This document shows, piece after piece, positions 29,816 to 42,700 of a DNA stretch of 64,000 nt (position 1 is the first letter of the stretch; every line of letters begins with the position of its first letter). The notes beneath the pieces are model-generated. The model worked only from the letters and a program-made list of their open reading frames with translations, was not told the origin of the DNA and did no database searches. Origin of the DNA: Phallusia mammillata (lineage: Eukaryota); contig OZ281500.1 of the NCBI GenBank assembly GCA_965637545.1, positions 8,990,001 to 9,054,000 on the forward strand, read 5' to 3'. The translations under genes were made by a program, and so were the position numbers.

Positions 29816-31029
29816 TTTCAGGATTAATATCTTGTTATCCAATCTACCTCCAATTTTGTCTATGCAGTGTACATTTTTTATACTTTAATTGGTGAGATGT
29901 TTCTTACAGTGAGTTCAAAAATAAACTCAAAGAATAATTGACAATGCTTACTTAAATGTCAGAGTGGACAGTGTTTAACTTACAACCCTAAAGATTTGCA
30001 ATTATGATAATTTTCACAATAGTTTCTGTGGACCAAACGATAGACCAAATTGGAATGCTTACATTTGTTTAATTTTTTAAGGTCTTTTACCATTTATGTT
30101 ATCAACAAAACATTATTCTTCGTGCATTTTATCCATCACAAGGCGTATTTTAGGATGAAACGTTAACAAGTTCACTTACTTTAGCAACACACTGTTTGTT
30201 TTTGAACACCCATCCGTCATCCGATTGCACAAAAAACTAGAATAGTGGCTTTCTGATATACTTCCATTTTATATATTCTAAATGATATTTACCAATTTAC
30301 TATACACATCATTTGATCTACACATATGATTGTTTTTGTACACAAAAACAAATGGGTCCCCACACGCGTGTTTGTGCGGATTGACGGTAAACAAATGTTG
30401 CGGTGATTTTTAGATTGTTAAGGACAAATTTTTAGAAAGCATTAACCCAACAATAAAAAAAAATTTGTATTCTTTTTGCACTATTATTGTCATATAATTA
30501 CAAAAACATTAAAAAAACGTAACAAATACTTTAATTTAATCTCTTGCTTTGACCCAGATATTGTCGTCCAAGGTCGGGTTTTGAACACAATTTTTTTAGA
30601 AAGCTGTAACAGTTGTGTTACAGACACTTTAAATTAAAAAACAATTTGCTACAAGTGTATACATAGCAAATTGTTTTTCATTTAACTTTGTTTCGCAAAA
30701 CGAGTACCATTGACCTGTAGTAACCTCTCAGGGTGCACACGCCAAACGACTGTTTGACCTTTTGACACCGTTTTCAATAGCACGCCGTCCTGGGTGTTCA
30801 ACAATACCGTTAAGCCTAATTTTTACATGTCTTGAGCATTGACTCCTAAATTGATTGTCATAAAAAACGCTACCTTATGACGAAAGAAAGTTCTGAACAG
30901 TGTTTGCAATACCTACTAGTTGACCTTAAGTAACCCGTGATCATGCGGCGGCCAACCTGACAACGAGCATTTAAAAAAACATTTATTTTGCAAAAAAGTC
31001 AAGTTCATTTTTTCATGTTTACTTTGATT

Positions 31030-32418
31030 AACAAAGTTTTGCTTGACATATACAAAACCGAAGCACGGTTATTAGGTTTAAATCACGTCATAGGTGTAAA
31101 ACCTTCGCCAAAACCAAAAATGTGAGTGATAACTTAATAAAACGACATAGCATTGCTGTGCAAAACAGCTGATTTCTAATCACTGAAACGACGTCTCGTA
31201 AAACGTCTGCCGACGTCAAGCTGAGCCCTCCCGCTATCGTAAACCAGTGAGTTACTCTCTTGGTACTTCTGCCTACAGTGTCTTTCTTGACCAAACGAGC
31301 GTTAGACACATTTACGTTTCGGGGGCCTGTGGGTGAACCGCTGGGTAGTTCGGGGTCAAACTTCTAGAGCAGGGGTGGCCAACTTGCCAGTCGTTAAGAT
31401 CGACGAAAATTTTCTTAATTGTACGCGATCGACTGATCAGTCGTAATTTAGGCTGACACTAACACAAAGCAATAACGCAAATTTTTTCATGCGATTTGCT
31501 TGACAATTGCCACATATTTATGGTCATGAGTTTTGTTGGCAAGCATCACCTAGTTATTACAACAATAAAACGTCGCATATGCACACAATTTTTATCAAAG
31601 TAGTCAGTGGGAACTTTTAAATATCCCCAATCAATAGCAACAGCTTCGTTAAAGCAAACACTCAAGTTGTGACGACAAACATTGTAGTTGTTACGACATA
31701 ATTTGGTGCCAAAATAACAATTGTTACGCAACAAAGAAAGTGACAATTACTTAGGTATTGTCTTATTACACATGTGTGCGTTGTTTCAAAATGACAGAAG
31801 TGCTGTTTTATAATATTTAATTTGTTTTTCAATTAATAAGCGTTTGATTAGTTGTGGAGAATTTAGTGGCGATCGACCAGTCAAAAGCAGGCGATCGACC
31901 AGTCGATCGCGATCGACGTGTTGGCCACACCTGTTCTAGAGGATCAAGTTCAGATTGATAACTAACGTATGTCCAAATTTGAATAAATTTGAAGCACTCC
32001 TTCTTTACCACACGAGCGATAAAAACCAGCGTTAAAAATTTTACGTTTCGGGGGCCTGTGGGTGAATCGCTGGGTGATTCGGGGTTAAACTTCTGGAGGA
32101 TCAAGTTCAGATTAATAACTAACATATGTCCAAATTTGAATAAATTTGAAGCACTTTTTCTTTACCACACGAGCATTACAAACCAGCGTTAAAAATTTTA
32201 CGTTTCGGGGGCCTGTGGGTGAACCGAGGGATCAAACGGGGTCAAAATTCACATGGACCATCTTTAGACCAATATCTGCAATGTGTGTAAATTTGAAAAA
32301 GTTTGAACCATTCTTTCTTGACCAAAACGTGGGAACAAATCCGCGTTAGACGGAAAAAAAGAAAAAAAAAATACGGACAAAAACAACATGTGTCCCCTTC
32401 AGGGAAGGGGACCCATAA
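31030..32418 (+). mobile_element. Putative non-autonomous Helentron/HINE-like element with an internal 157-bp tandem array
   Basis: About three diverged 157-bp units (ttacgtttcggggg at 31315, 32044, 32201; period is 157 after removing the MITE). 3' GC hairpin gtccccttc-agg-gaaggggac (32392-32412) followed by ccataat. The 5' end is approximate. Confidence 0.5.
31370..31933. mobile_element. hAT-type MITE inserted into the first 157-bp repeat unit
   Basis: TIR caggggtggccaac / gttggccacacctg. Exact TSD ttctagag. Subterminal gatcgac repeats. Confidence 0.92.
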
Positions 32419-33165
32419 TGAACATAGTTCCATCATACTTTGAAACGTAAGGTATAATTTTTTTTTTAAACTTGGCATAATTTTACCGTTCCATTTTAGA
32501 CCAGGCAACGCCAGGGTTTAATTAGCCTAATTTAGCAGTTTTCACTTAGCAAGTTTTGTTTCACTTTTGCAAGTTAAAAGATATTTTAACACCAAACCAA
32601 ATAATCGTAACTACCTAAATCTTGTGTTTACTCAACCGTAAAATACAAACGTTGTATTTGTTCGGGGGGTGTCCCAAAAGAATAATTTGCTGACGTCCGC
32701 TGAATTTCACGTTAACATTTTCGCAGTTTTTTTTTACTTGGGTCAAAGTTACTAACAAAAGGTTAATTGCGTTTTCAGAAGGTTTGGTTAACAAAAGTTT
32801 ATTAGGCAAAACTTATCTTACCTGTCTTATTATTCTAAACTTTTTGTTTGGTTCAGCAAACGGCATTTCGATACATGCTTGAATAAACATTGATGGTTGT
32901 TTTTTGTTTGGGCGGCAGAACCCAATAAAAGTAATAGTCACTTTTTATTTTCTATGTGCGTATTTGAAATTTCATGTATTGTAATTGGGTACTGATTTGT
33001 TTGTGCACTTGTATTTTAGAACCGTTTTTCTAATGCAGTTTATTGTCTGTCAATAATTAATTTTGTGTGCTAATTATAAACCGTTTAGTAATTAGTTAAA
33101 ACTGTATTATTGCTATCACATTATGATGACTATTGATCACATTTTCAATTGTTTTAACTTGAATC

Positions 33166-34383
33166 ATGTCTAAAACTTTAAGTGTGCTTTTAATTTCACC
33201 AACTATTCCTTCCACTGGTAATTTATCCACAGTTGGTCGATTACAGGCACACTTTTCTAAGAACAACATAAATACATCTCTGTGCAGTGTTTCACAATTG
33301 TGCAAAAACAATGAACTATGCAATGTAACAAGAGTAAACCAGATTGTAAATGAAACTCAAAGCCATGGCATTCTTTTGTTGCACGCTTATAAAAGTGGAT
33401 GTTTTGTTATTTGTTCCTGCAATAAGAACTGTAAGTTGAGGGTGCGGTATGGTTTGGTTTTTGGTGGAACTGACTTAAATGAAGATATCAAAAATAAACA
33501 AAAATGTATCATAATTAAAAAGTGCATTGAGGGGGCAGCCTTCTCTATTGCATTTACTAAAGATCTGAAATTTGCTGCAACGGAATTATCTCCTTCTGCG
33601 CTGGTTCTAGTAAAAGCACAAGGCTTAGACTATGACTTGTTTGATCTGTGCTCCAATAAAATGAGTTCTTTCCAGTACAAACCATTTTTTCCCAAAAAGA
33701 AACCAATCATTTTTGTTTTACCATGCTCTATTCGGCATGTAAAAGATCCACTTTTTGTAGCCAAAGACTTTATGGACTGGGCTTCTTCTATTCGTCATGT
33801 TCAAGATGTAAGACTTTTAATTCTTGGAAGCATAATGGATAAAGATTTCAGCTCTCAGTTTTTAATGCAGTTGGATAAGTTGCAAACTACAACTAGTTTA
33901 GCAACACAATGGTTGCAAAAGAAGTTCAGAAAAAGGGCTGTTGTCTCATCAATAAAGGGTCAACCAAGCAGTGACTATGATGTGGAGACTTGGATTAATG
34001 ACAGCAATGGAAATGTAGTTCAACATTTTCCCGCATTGACCAAAGAGCATTTCCTTGGCTTACTTTCTGATGGAGTATTTTATGCACTTATTAATACATC
34101 ACTGAGTGAAGGAATGTCATCAGCCATACTGGAAGCCATGTCCATTGGGGTTGTTGTCTTAGCGAGAGATATACCAAGCAACAAGTCAATTATTACTGAT
34201 GGGTACAATGGTTTTTTATTTCGTAATGGTGGTGGATTTGTTAATCAGGCAAAGAACCTACTTAACAATGACCCCCTTAGACAAAAAATCATTTCTAATG
34301 CAAGGACATATGCCAGACTACATCACAGCCCTTGTGAAGAAGCAAAGTTCTATGTTTCACTTGCCCAAAGCACATTTTTGTAA
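33166..34383 (+). CDS. GLT1D1: Glycosyltransferase 1 domain-containing protein 1 (GT-B, GT4-like), single exon, 405 aa
   Basis: Uninterrupted ORF with TGNLSTVGRLQAHF, FGGTDLNED and INTSLSEGMSSAILEAMS...VLARDIPSN, matching GLT1D1 motifs as I recall them. Confidence 0.85.
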   Translation: MSKTLSVLLISPTIPSTGNLSTVGRLQAHFSKNNINTSLCSVSQLCKNNELCNVTRVNQIVNETQSHGILLLHAYKSGCFVICSCNKNCKLRVRYGLVFGGTDLNEDIKNKQKCIIIKKCIEGAAFSIAFTKDLKFAATELSPSALVLVKAQGLDYDLFDLCSNKMSSFQYKPFFPKKKPIIFVLPCSIRHVKDPLFVAKDFMDWASSIRHVQDVRLLILGSIMDKDFSSQFLMQLDKLQTTTSLATQWLQKKFRKRAVVSSIKGQPSSDYDVETWINDSNGNVVQHFPALTKEHFLGLLSDGVFYALINTSLSEGMSSAILEAMSIGVVVLARDIPSNKSIITDGYNGFLFRNGGGFVNQAKNLLNNDPLRQKIISNARTYARLHHSPCEEAKFYVSLAQSTFL

Positions 34384-34802
34384 ATTGTTTAGTTACTTGT
34401 TTGCATTAAATTTTGCACTTATTTTCAAACTGTAGGCTATGTGAACTGTACTTTTAAATTCATACCCCAAGAATCTGTAGTTTTATAATGTCTTGTGAAC
34501 AGAAGTATGGCATGCAGATTTTTCTAATCCTGTCTCTTATGTGTAACATTTTTTTCTACATACTGTATGTGTTTCTTTCTAAATCAACTATTTGAGTATT
34601 TTGCATCTTGTCTTATGCAACTAATGATGATTTCCAGTTTTGTAGAGATTGTGTTTACCTGTGCATTTTTTGTGTTTGTAAAAGTTCCTGATACTTTTGT
34701 GTTACGGTTTAAAATGTGTAGTTGTTATTCATCACTAAATATTGTGTTGCTTGTACATGTTGCTTTAGGTAGGTATAATGTTATAATCAACAATATAGTA
34801 AA

Positions 34803-37800
34803 ATGAGTATATTTGTATTGACTCAAAATGCTGTGAACAGATATCAAGCAAAAAGATTGGTGAAAATTGTAAGAGCTTGTTATTCCAACATGGAATCTGC
34901 TAAAAGGTACCAGTATTTCAACAGACTGATACAACTTTTAACATAAACAACATTCACATTTACTTTATATTCCTTGGTTTATTTATGTAATAAACCTTAC
35001 CATCTTGTTTACACATCTTTACAAAAAATGTTTTTTTACAGTGAAACACTTTGCATACCCATGCAATCAGCAAAAGCCTTTGTAAAGAACTGCATAACAG
35101 CAGCTGGAGCTTCAAACAATCATGCAAATGATATGGCCGAATTACTGGTGACTGCTGATTACAGAGGCCACTTCAGTCATGGACTTAACAGACTTGGTAA
35201 TTGCAATATTTTCAAATTTTAGAAAAGTGTAATGTATTAGAATTATGTTTTTCTTAGGTGCATAATATTTAGTGAATAAACTAAGTCTAGTAAAACCCTT
35301 TCTCTCCAGAAATGTATGTGAATGACTTGAAGACTCAGATTACCTCCACGGAAGGAGATCCAAAAGTAGAAAAGGAAACCGCTGCCACTGCAATGGTTGA
35401 TGGAAGAAACCTGCTTGGACCAGCAGTAGGAACATTTTGTATGGACCTTGCAATAAAGGTTAATTGCCATGGATGAGCCTTTTTTACTGTACAACTTTTG
35501 TTTCGAACCACTTTTGTTGCTGTTTTTTGCCTCCTAGTTTTGCAATGTAAGGCCAATGCACCATTTAATTGTTTTTTAAAGCAACAACATGTTTGTATTT
35601 GTAGAAAGCAAAAGAAGCTGGAGTTGGTTGGGTGGCAGCTCGTCAATCCAACCATTATGGTATTGCAGGATATTACGCTTTGATGGCATCAAACCAGGGC
35701 CTGATTGTAAGTTTCCCAGATAATACAAAGATATGTGGCAACTTTATTTTATATGGTACCAAGATGTGGTAGTGTATTCGCAAATTTTTGTCCAGGGTAT
35801 GTCCATGACCAATACATCACCCTTTGTGGTCCCTACCAGAGCTAAAACAGCCACTCTTGGTACAAATCCCGTGGCATTTGCTGCACCTGCCAAATCTGGC
35901 AAAAGTTTTGTTCTTGACATGGCAACCTCTACTGTAGCAGTTGGCAAAATAGAATTGCAACAAAGGTCAGTCCAATCTAGAGTTTCTAAAAAATCTTTTT
36001 GGTGTGTTATTAGGCTTAAACAAAACTTTTGTGAATATTGGCATGTGGTGTAGCAAGGTACAAATTACATATTGCTTGCTTAATCACCAACATGAAATTG
36101 ATTGAAAAAATATTTTTTCATTCTTCTGCTGAGGGCCATGTCAAGTGCAAAGCATTTGAGCCAGTTGTAGCTTAGTGTATTTCTGCAAGTTTTGACATTT
36201 CCATACTAATGTATTTTGTTCCATTTTGAAAAGGGTTTTAGTTTTACAAACACAACGCCATGCCTATTCACCACTAGAGCGACGGCACAATCACTTGGTT
36301 CAAATCCTATCTCATGTGCTGCACCATCAAGTGATGGAAAAGCCTTTGTCCTTGACATGGCAACCACCACTGTAGCATATGGCAAAGTAGAAGTATCTGC
36401 TAGGTTTGTCTGCTTTGCATAGACCAGGTGTGCACAAGTCAAATAAGGAAGTGTGCCCTAGATGTTTATACCATCTAGGAGTTTGGGATCTTGGTGGTTT
36501 ATGGTCTGTTGAGTTAATGAAACAATGAGCATGTTTTAACTCAATAAACATACACAATGGATATTATGCAGTAACAAGTATAAAGCTATTATGTAGGAAC
36601 ATTATTTGAAGACACAAATCGATGCATAATAAATTCTAACATATAATAGTTTTACTTATTTAACCTACTGCATGTCACTTTTAACATTCTTGTTGAGTAT
36701 TGTGCACCCCTGGCTTAGATATTCCTGGTCCCAAGTTATTGAACTTTTTCAGTTTGCATATCTGGAATGATTTTCTTTTAATGGTTTGATTTCATTAAAT
36801 TAATACTTGCATGTTTCTGATAAACATACTGGCTTATTGCCATAACCATGTACCTTTTTCATCCAGTGTTTAGGCAAAAATAATGATGACGCCTTGATCA
36901 GTTGCCAAAGTATCCTACATGTAAACTATGTTTTTTAAGAGGTTATTATGTTTGTGATGAAAACATAATTAACCAAATGCCTTATTTTGGATGTGCTGCC
37001 TAATTTAAAAGCGAGAGTATTCTGCATGAAGGCATCAATTACAAACAATTTTTGCATGATTTGGGGTGACAATAGTTGTCAAAACATAAAATATGATGTT
37101 TGCTGACTTGACACAAAGTTCAATTTTTTTCTCGGATTAAACATTTACCATTGTGTAAATAGAAAGAATGAAGCAATCCCCACAGGCTGGGGTGCAGATC
37201 CAAATGGTGTCGAAACCAATGACCCTAGTAAGGTTTTGCAAGGAGGTGGGCTGCTTCCACTTGGTGGATCAGAGCAAAGCGGTGGTTACAAAGGTAATAC
37301 TGGTGGAGCAACTTATACTCATTGATGTTAATTACATGTTCTGTTTTTTAACTCACTGAAACTGACTGCATACCTAAAACCATTTCAATGTGTTAAGGAA
37401 TGTGTTTTCAGAGTCTTTCAGTTGACAAAGTTACCTTATACTATTATTTTTATTAGATTTGGGCTTACATGTTGTTCATAATTTTAGCATCCCTGTTTAA
37501 TCCCATTGTTTAGTTATATACTGTATTTTTTTTAACATGCCTTGAGTTTGTATTGTAATATTGACTGTACCTTGTGTTTTGCAGGTTATGGTCTTGCCAT
37601 GATGGTTGAGGTGATGTGTGGAATTTTGGCAGGAGCAGGATTTGGCCCAAACATACGAAAATGGGGGACAACAGAACGCATTGCAGACCTGGTAAAATTT
37701 ACACAAAACTTAACAATATAACCTTAAAGCCAAAATACCCATACCCTTACGTACTAAAAAAAATTGACAAGTAAAACTTTTTTATCTACTGAAATTTGCA

Positions 37801-38171
37801 CGTAATTGTTGTGAAAGCCTTATGCAAACACCAACGCAAAGTTCAATATTTGTACACGACAGGGCCAATGCTTTATCGCTGTTGACCCGAACGCGTTTTG
37901 CCCGGGCTTCGAAAATCGCATGCAGGATTTAATGGATTTGCAACGAGACCTTAATCCAAGCGACCCTAAAAAACCCGTGCTTGTGGCCGGTGATCCGGAA
38001 CGAAGTCACATGACCAAATGTGATTCATTAGGTGGAATCCCATATCCGCAAAATATCGTCAAACACATGGTAGGCAGTTTGTTTTTTTGCATGGAATTTA
38101 AGTGTAATATTTGCTTTTTTTAGAACGAAATGGGAGAAAAACTAGGCGTCGAAAGCATGAAAGCTATTTAA
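34803..38171 (+). CDS. Malate/L-sulfolactate/ureidoglycolate dehydrogenase (Ldh_2) family oxidoreductase with two alternative copies of exon 5
   Basis: Exons 34803 (or 34890)-34906, 35042-35196, 35310-35458, 35605-35706, [35796-35965 OR 36234-36403], 37163-37293, 37585-37691, 37863-38069, 38124-38171. Motifs [69 protein letters not shown]. Confidence 0.92.
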
Positions 38172-38372
38172 CCTCAAACGAAGTTCGCTTGTCAACAAAA
38201 GTGCCTGTTCTACGCAATTGATAATTTAGCTATGCGTTGTTTAGTGTAATTCAGGGTCAGACTAACTTTTCGACGTGACAAAAAACAATGTACATTTTGT
38301 TACTATATGCAACAGCAAAAATATTTTTGATCACAGTTATATCTGTCAATTTTTTGTTATGCCTAGACGCGA

Positions 38373-38488
38373 TTTTTTTTCACGGGGTTCGAACCCAGAA
38401 CACTCCCGGGGACGAATCCCGATCAAGTTTTTTTTTACATGTCTGTATGTGGGTCAGGCGCGCCAGACCATTCGGCCAAGTTCCTGCA
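38373..38488 (-). mobile_element. tRNA-derived SINE-like element (short form)
   Basis: Minus strand: A box tggccgaatgg, B box ggttcgaaccc, A-tail. Flanked by ctagacgcga / ctagatgcga (10-bp TSD-like, 1 mismatch). Confidence 0.75.
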
Positions 38489-39713
38489 CTAGATGCGAAT
38501 TAATTAGGAATTTGAATACTCATTACAATAAGCCATATTGTGGAAGAGAAAAACGTAGAACCAGATAAAACTCATGTCAACGTCGATGTAACTTTCTTCA
38601 ACACAGACTTGCCTCAAAAAAGTATTTTCTGCGGATCGAATCACACTGTATAAAAGTTGATAGTTTAATTAACCAGCATTTTTTGACTTTTTTGTCGTTT
38701 GCCCGCAATATGTGCCACGAATAAAATGGTACTCTGCCAGTTTACCGCAAACCTAACAAGATTTGAGTTCCATGGTGAGGTGTTTTTTCACCTTACTGCA
38801 TCTGTTTGGATACAAATTGGTGATGACCTAATTTTAAAAAATGTTTCTACTTATTTTTTTTGTTTCAAGTGAATTTATTGCTTTTAAAAAAGTTTTTGCT
38901 TTTACTAACCACAGAATTTTGTCAAACGGCCAGTATATACAAAAAGCGAAATACTGTTTGTTTGTTTTCGAAATTTCAAAAACGGTGCCATGTTTTTTTC
39001 CTGCTGCTGGTGTTGGTTTACACGAAAACCAATTCAGTGTGTAATTGTTTCTACTGATATCCTCTTCTGAAATTAAGTTTGTCCAACCGACTTTGGTTTT
39101 TTCGTAACAGTATGTTTAATTTTACACCATATTGTCAAGCCGAATATAATTACCAATGGTTGTCAATAAAAAAACGTGTGCCTTAATCTCGAGTGTTAAC
39201 TTTTATTGCAAGAAAAGTTCTACATTAGGAAAGTTTTTTTCCGAACGTGGCGGAAAGGGTCCAACCACAAGTCATATTTTTTCAATCAGAAAGAATTCAC
39301 TCCGAAAAAACAACGTATTTTTTATTACGTGACCCAAATACTTACTGGGATATTGGACTTAAGAACTCAGCGATTAATAAAGCTAAGAGCCCCGCCCCAA
39401 AAATTTACAGTTAACCGATTATCATTTTGAATCCGCCTTCAAGTTAATCCATACTAGCTTTCAAACTGAATCTATATTTAAGCACATTGACAATCGTCGC
39501 GCTATAAAATATTAATATAGACCAGCAGTTGAACTTCAAGGTATTGTTGTTTTGTAATCCCACGCACAATTCTGTAGTATTTTGTAACATCCGACCTAGT
39601 ATTTTGACGACGATCACGACGGCTAATATTAAGGCTAAGCTGTACTCTACAATTTGCAAAACACGGGTCGGTCAGTCAGTTGTAAAAGCTGTCTATAACG
39701 GGTGGATCTAAAA

Positions 39714-42700
39714 ATGCGTCTGGTAAATTTACTGGTGTTGTCCCTTGGAGTTTGTAATTGTACGGCTACATCCTGTAATTCGACATCTGAAATAAAGATG
39801 GCAAAAGGATCGTGGATTTTGCAACCCGATGCAGATCGCAGCGAGATTGACTTTCGTTTTTTTCTTCACCACTACCGACAAGCGACTGCCTACATCCTTG
39901 AACAATGCGCCCTGTTTTGCATCAAAGACTTCAGGTGAAGTAACAAGTTTAATTAGGAAAGACATGGAAATGCATACTGGATGTACAAAAACATTTTTGT
40001 TTTTGGGAAAATCTAGTCAACCGGGTATTTTTTGTGATTAGTGATCTAGATTAATCGATTTGCCACATTTACAATGTACGTAGTAGACGTTGTTACTCAG
40101 TTTAAATTCTTCCTGATAGGTGCAAGTCGTACAACTACCTAAGTGGAGAAAACATTTGTGAGCTAAATCATGTGGACAGGACTATGGTCGAAGTAGAGGA
40201 CTGGTTACAACATGATGGAAATTGGATTCCGACATTCGACAAGCTCATTCGGTATCCAGGATCACAATACCATTCCAGAGATTCACTTCTGCTTACGCCC
40301 GAGGTTATCTATTTTTGAACTGGTAAAATTGGTCTGGTTTTTGCCTTTAACAAAGTGTTGATGAACAATGCACATACTTTGGCGCGATGCCTAAACCAGT
40401 TCAGCTGCGTTGCAAGCCCTATGGAAGAATTCAAAATTACATTTTCGTGTCAATTGCTCAACTATAGGTTACTGGCAAAACTGCCAAAAATTGGAACGTT
40501 ATTTTTTCCATTTCCAGAGTCTTTCTCACATTGAAACAGGACCTTGTTCATCATACAGGTGTCCAGTTGGTCACTTGTGCACTCCACAATACGGGGATGG
40601 TTTGAAACCGGCATGTGTCAAGGTCGATTACGAACTACAAGGTGATTATTTTCAAAAATCCAATGTCATTGATTTTTAATAACTGTACCGCCACGTTACG
40701 ATTGCAAAATATTTTTGTAAACATTTTGTGGTGTCTTTTTTCTCTTATAATGAATATGTTTTTAGATCTCCAGGAGCAGTGGTCAGCTTGGTCGTATTGG
40801 GGTGTATGTTCAGCGACTTGTGGCGGTGGAGTACAAAGTAGGACACGAGTTTGTAAAGAAGATGTTGGAAAGTTGTCGTGCATTGGACAATCACAAGATG
40901 TACGACTCTGCATGGAGCAGAACTGCCCTCGTAAGTTACAGCAGTATCGCATAAATTGGGGACCTTGAGGCCAATGTATTGTTGAGTTAGGCTATATGTC
41001 TAACAGTAAGTCAACTTGATCACATTAACATACCATCAATATTCAAATTTAACTCTTTGGGTAGGTTACTCGCAGTGGAGGGATTACATTTTTTTGTCAG
41101 CCGGTTCTATCACAAAAGTCATATTTTTCAGCCGGTTCTGTTACAAAACGTCTAGTGACAGTAACCAGTAATGCTAACCGGTTCGCTGATCTCATAAAAT
41201 TTCATTAAACGGTTCTTTTGAACCGGTGCGAACCGGCTGAATCCCACCACTGGTTACTCGCCTATTTTTTGTGTAAAATATGTTTAACAACACAACTGCA
41301 TTTTTGGCAAACCAAATAGGCTAGTCTCATTATTAAAACAAAAGTGTTCCAGCAGTTGCTTTTTACATGAGGAAAAGTCGCGTATTGCAAATGACTAGGG
41401 AAGTGTGCTTTTTTGTTCTGAATAATGGACTAAAGGCTTTGCAGGTTGAAACTTCAAATCTTTGTTTATCAACTAGTGTTTTTATCGTTACAGACTGGTC
41501 GCAGTGGGGACCGTGGAGTGATTGTGGCCCAAACAAATGTGGATCAGGCAAGAAGCAAAGAAGCCGAACGTGTCGCTGGGGAGTGCTTCCCGATCACAAA
41601 TCGTGTAATGGAAGTTATAGCGACGAGATTGCATGTCGATTAATTTCATGCACAGGTAAAAAAGAAATCAATAAATAGAGACCATAAAAGCAAGCAAGAA
41701 AAATTATCTTCCCAAGTTGCTGGTTTTATACTTTATCAGATCTGTATAAGCCTATTTGATAAAACAGTATGATACGCTACTGGTTCTTTAAATGTCCAAA
41801 CAGGCAATGATTCTTTTTATGTCAGCTATTACTATTTCAAGTACCCTATGAATTGAGCAGTTGAGGTACTCGGCAAAACATTTGGAATGGCGTTTTCTCT
41901 GCGATGTTGTTCTATGTATCGAAAAATCGCTATATGTTTGCTATATGTTACAGCACCTCTTGCGTTGAGCAATGGAAAGTTTGGACATCTAGCAATTTAT
42001 GATGACAGAATGCTATATAGTCCAATTTGGAGAACGGTTTGTCAGGTATGAATCAAACTACGAGGTAATAAATTTGTAAATTATTTTAAATATGATAATT
42101 TTGTTTGAATAGCCCAAGTCACAGGCAGCGCAAATCGGAGCACAGCGGGCTGTTTGCAAATATCTAAATTTGGTTGCGGATGTGTATGTTGGAGATACAG
42201 ATTTGGTCTCCGCAGATGAACAGGTATAGATTAGCTGAAACAGTTTTGTTATTAAACGAATCTCCCGCAGACAATAAAATGTATAAAAGAAAGATTCTTG
42301 CTTCTGATCAGTATAGTATTGGACTGTTTCATAAAAACAGATAAAAGCATAAATCGTTTCTTTTAATAACAGAAATATATATTTCGCCTTAATAAATAGG
42401 CATCGTCAGTTTCTGCAAAAAAGCAAACATGTAAGGGGCTGTCGGTAAAAGTAGTAAAGTAGTTACTGCTTTTATCTGTTTTTATGAAACAGTCCAATAC
42501 TATACTAGGTATAGATTAGGGCATTTTTTGACTATTTGTTTTGTATTTATTTTACAATAGAAAAGTTTGATAAATACCGATGGATGGCGCAATTACTTAA
42601 CTTTACAGTGAAACTAGAATGGGGTTAGGAACTAAATTTAGCGACGGGAACTAAGTTTTTAGGTTGCTTTTATCGCTATTGTTATTATGAAACCTCACCC

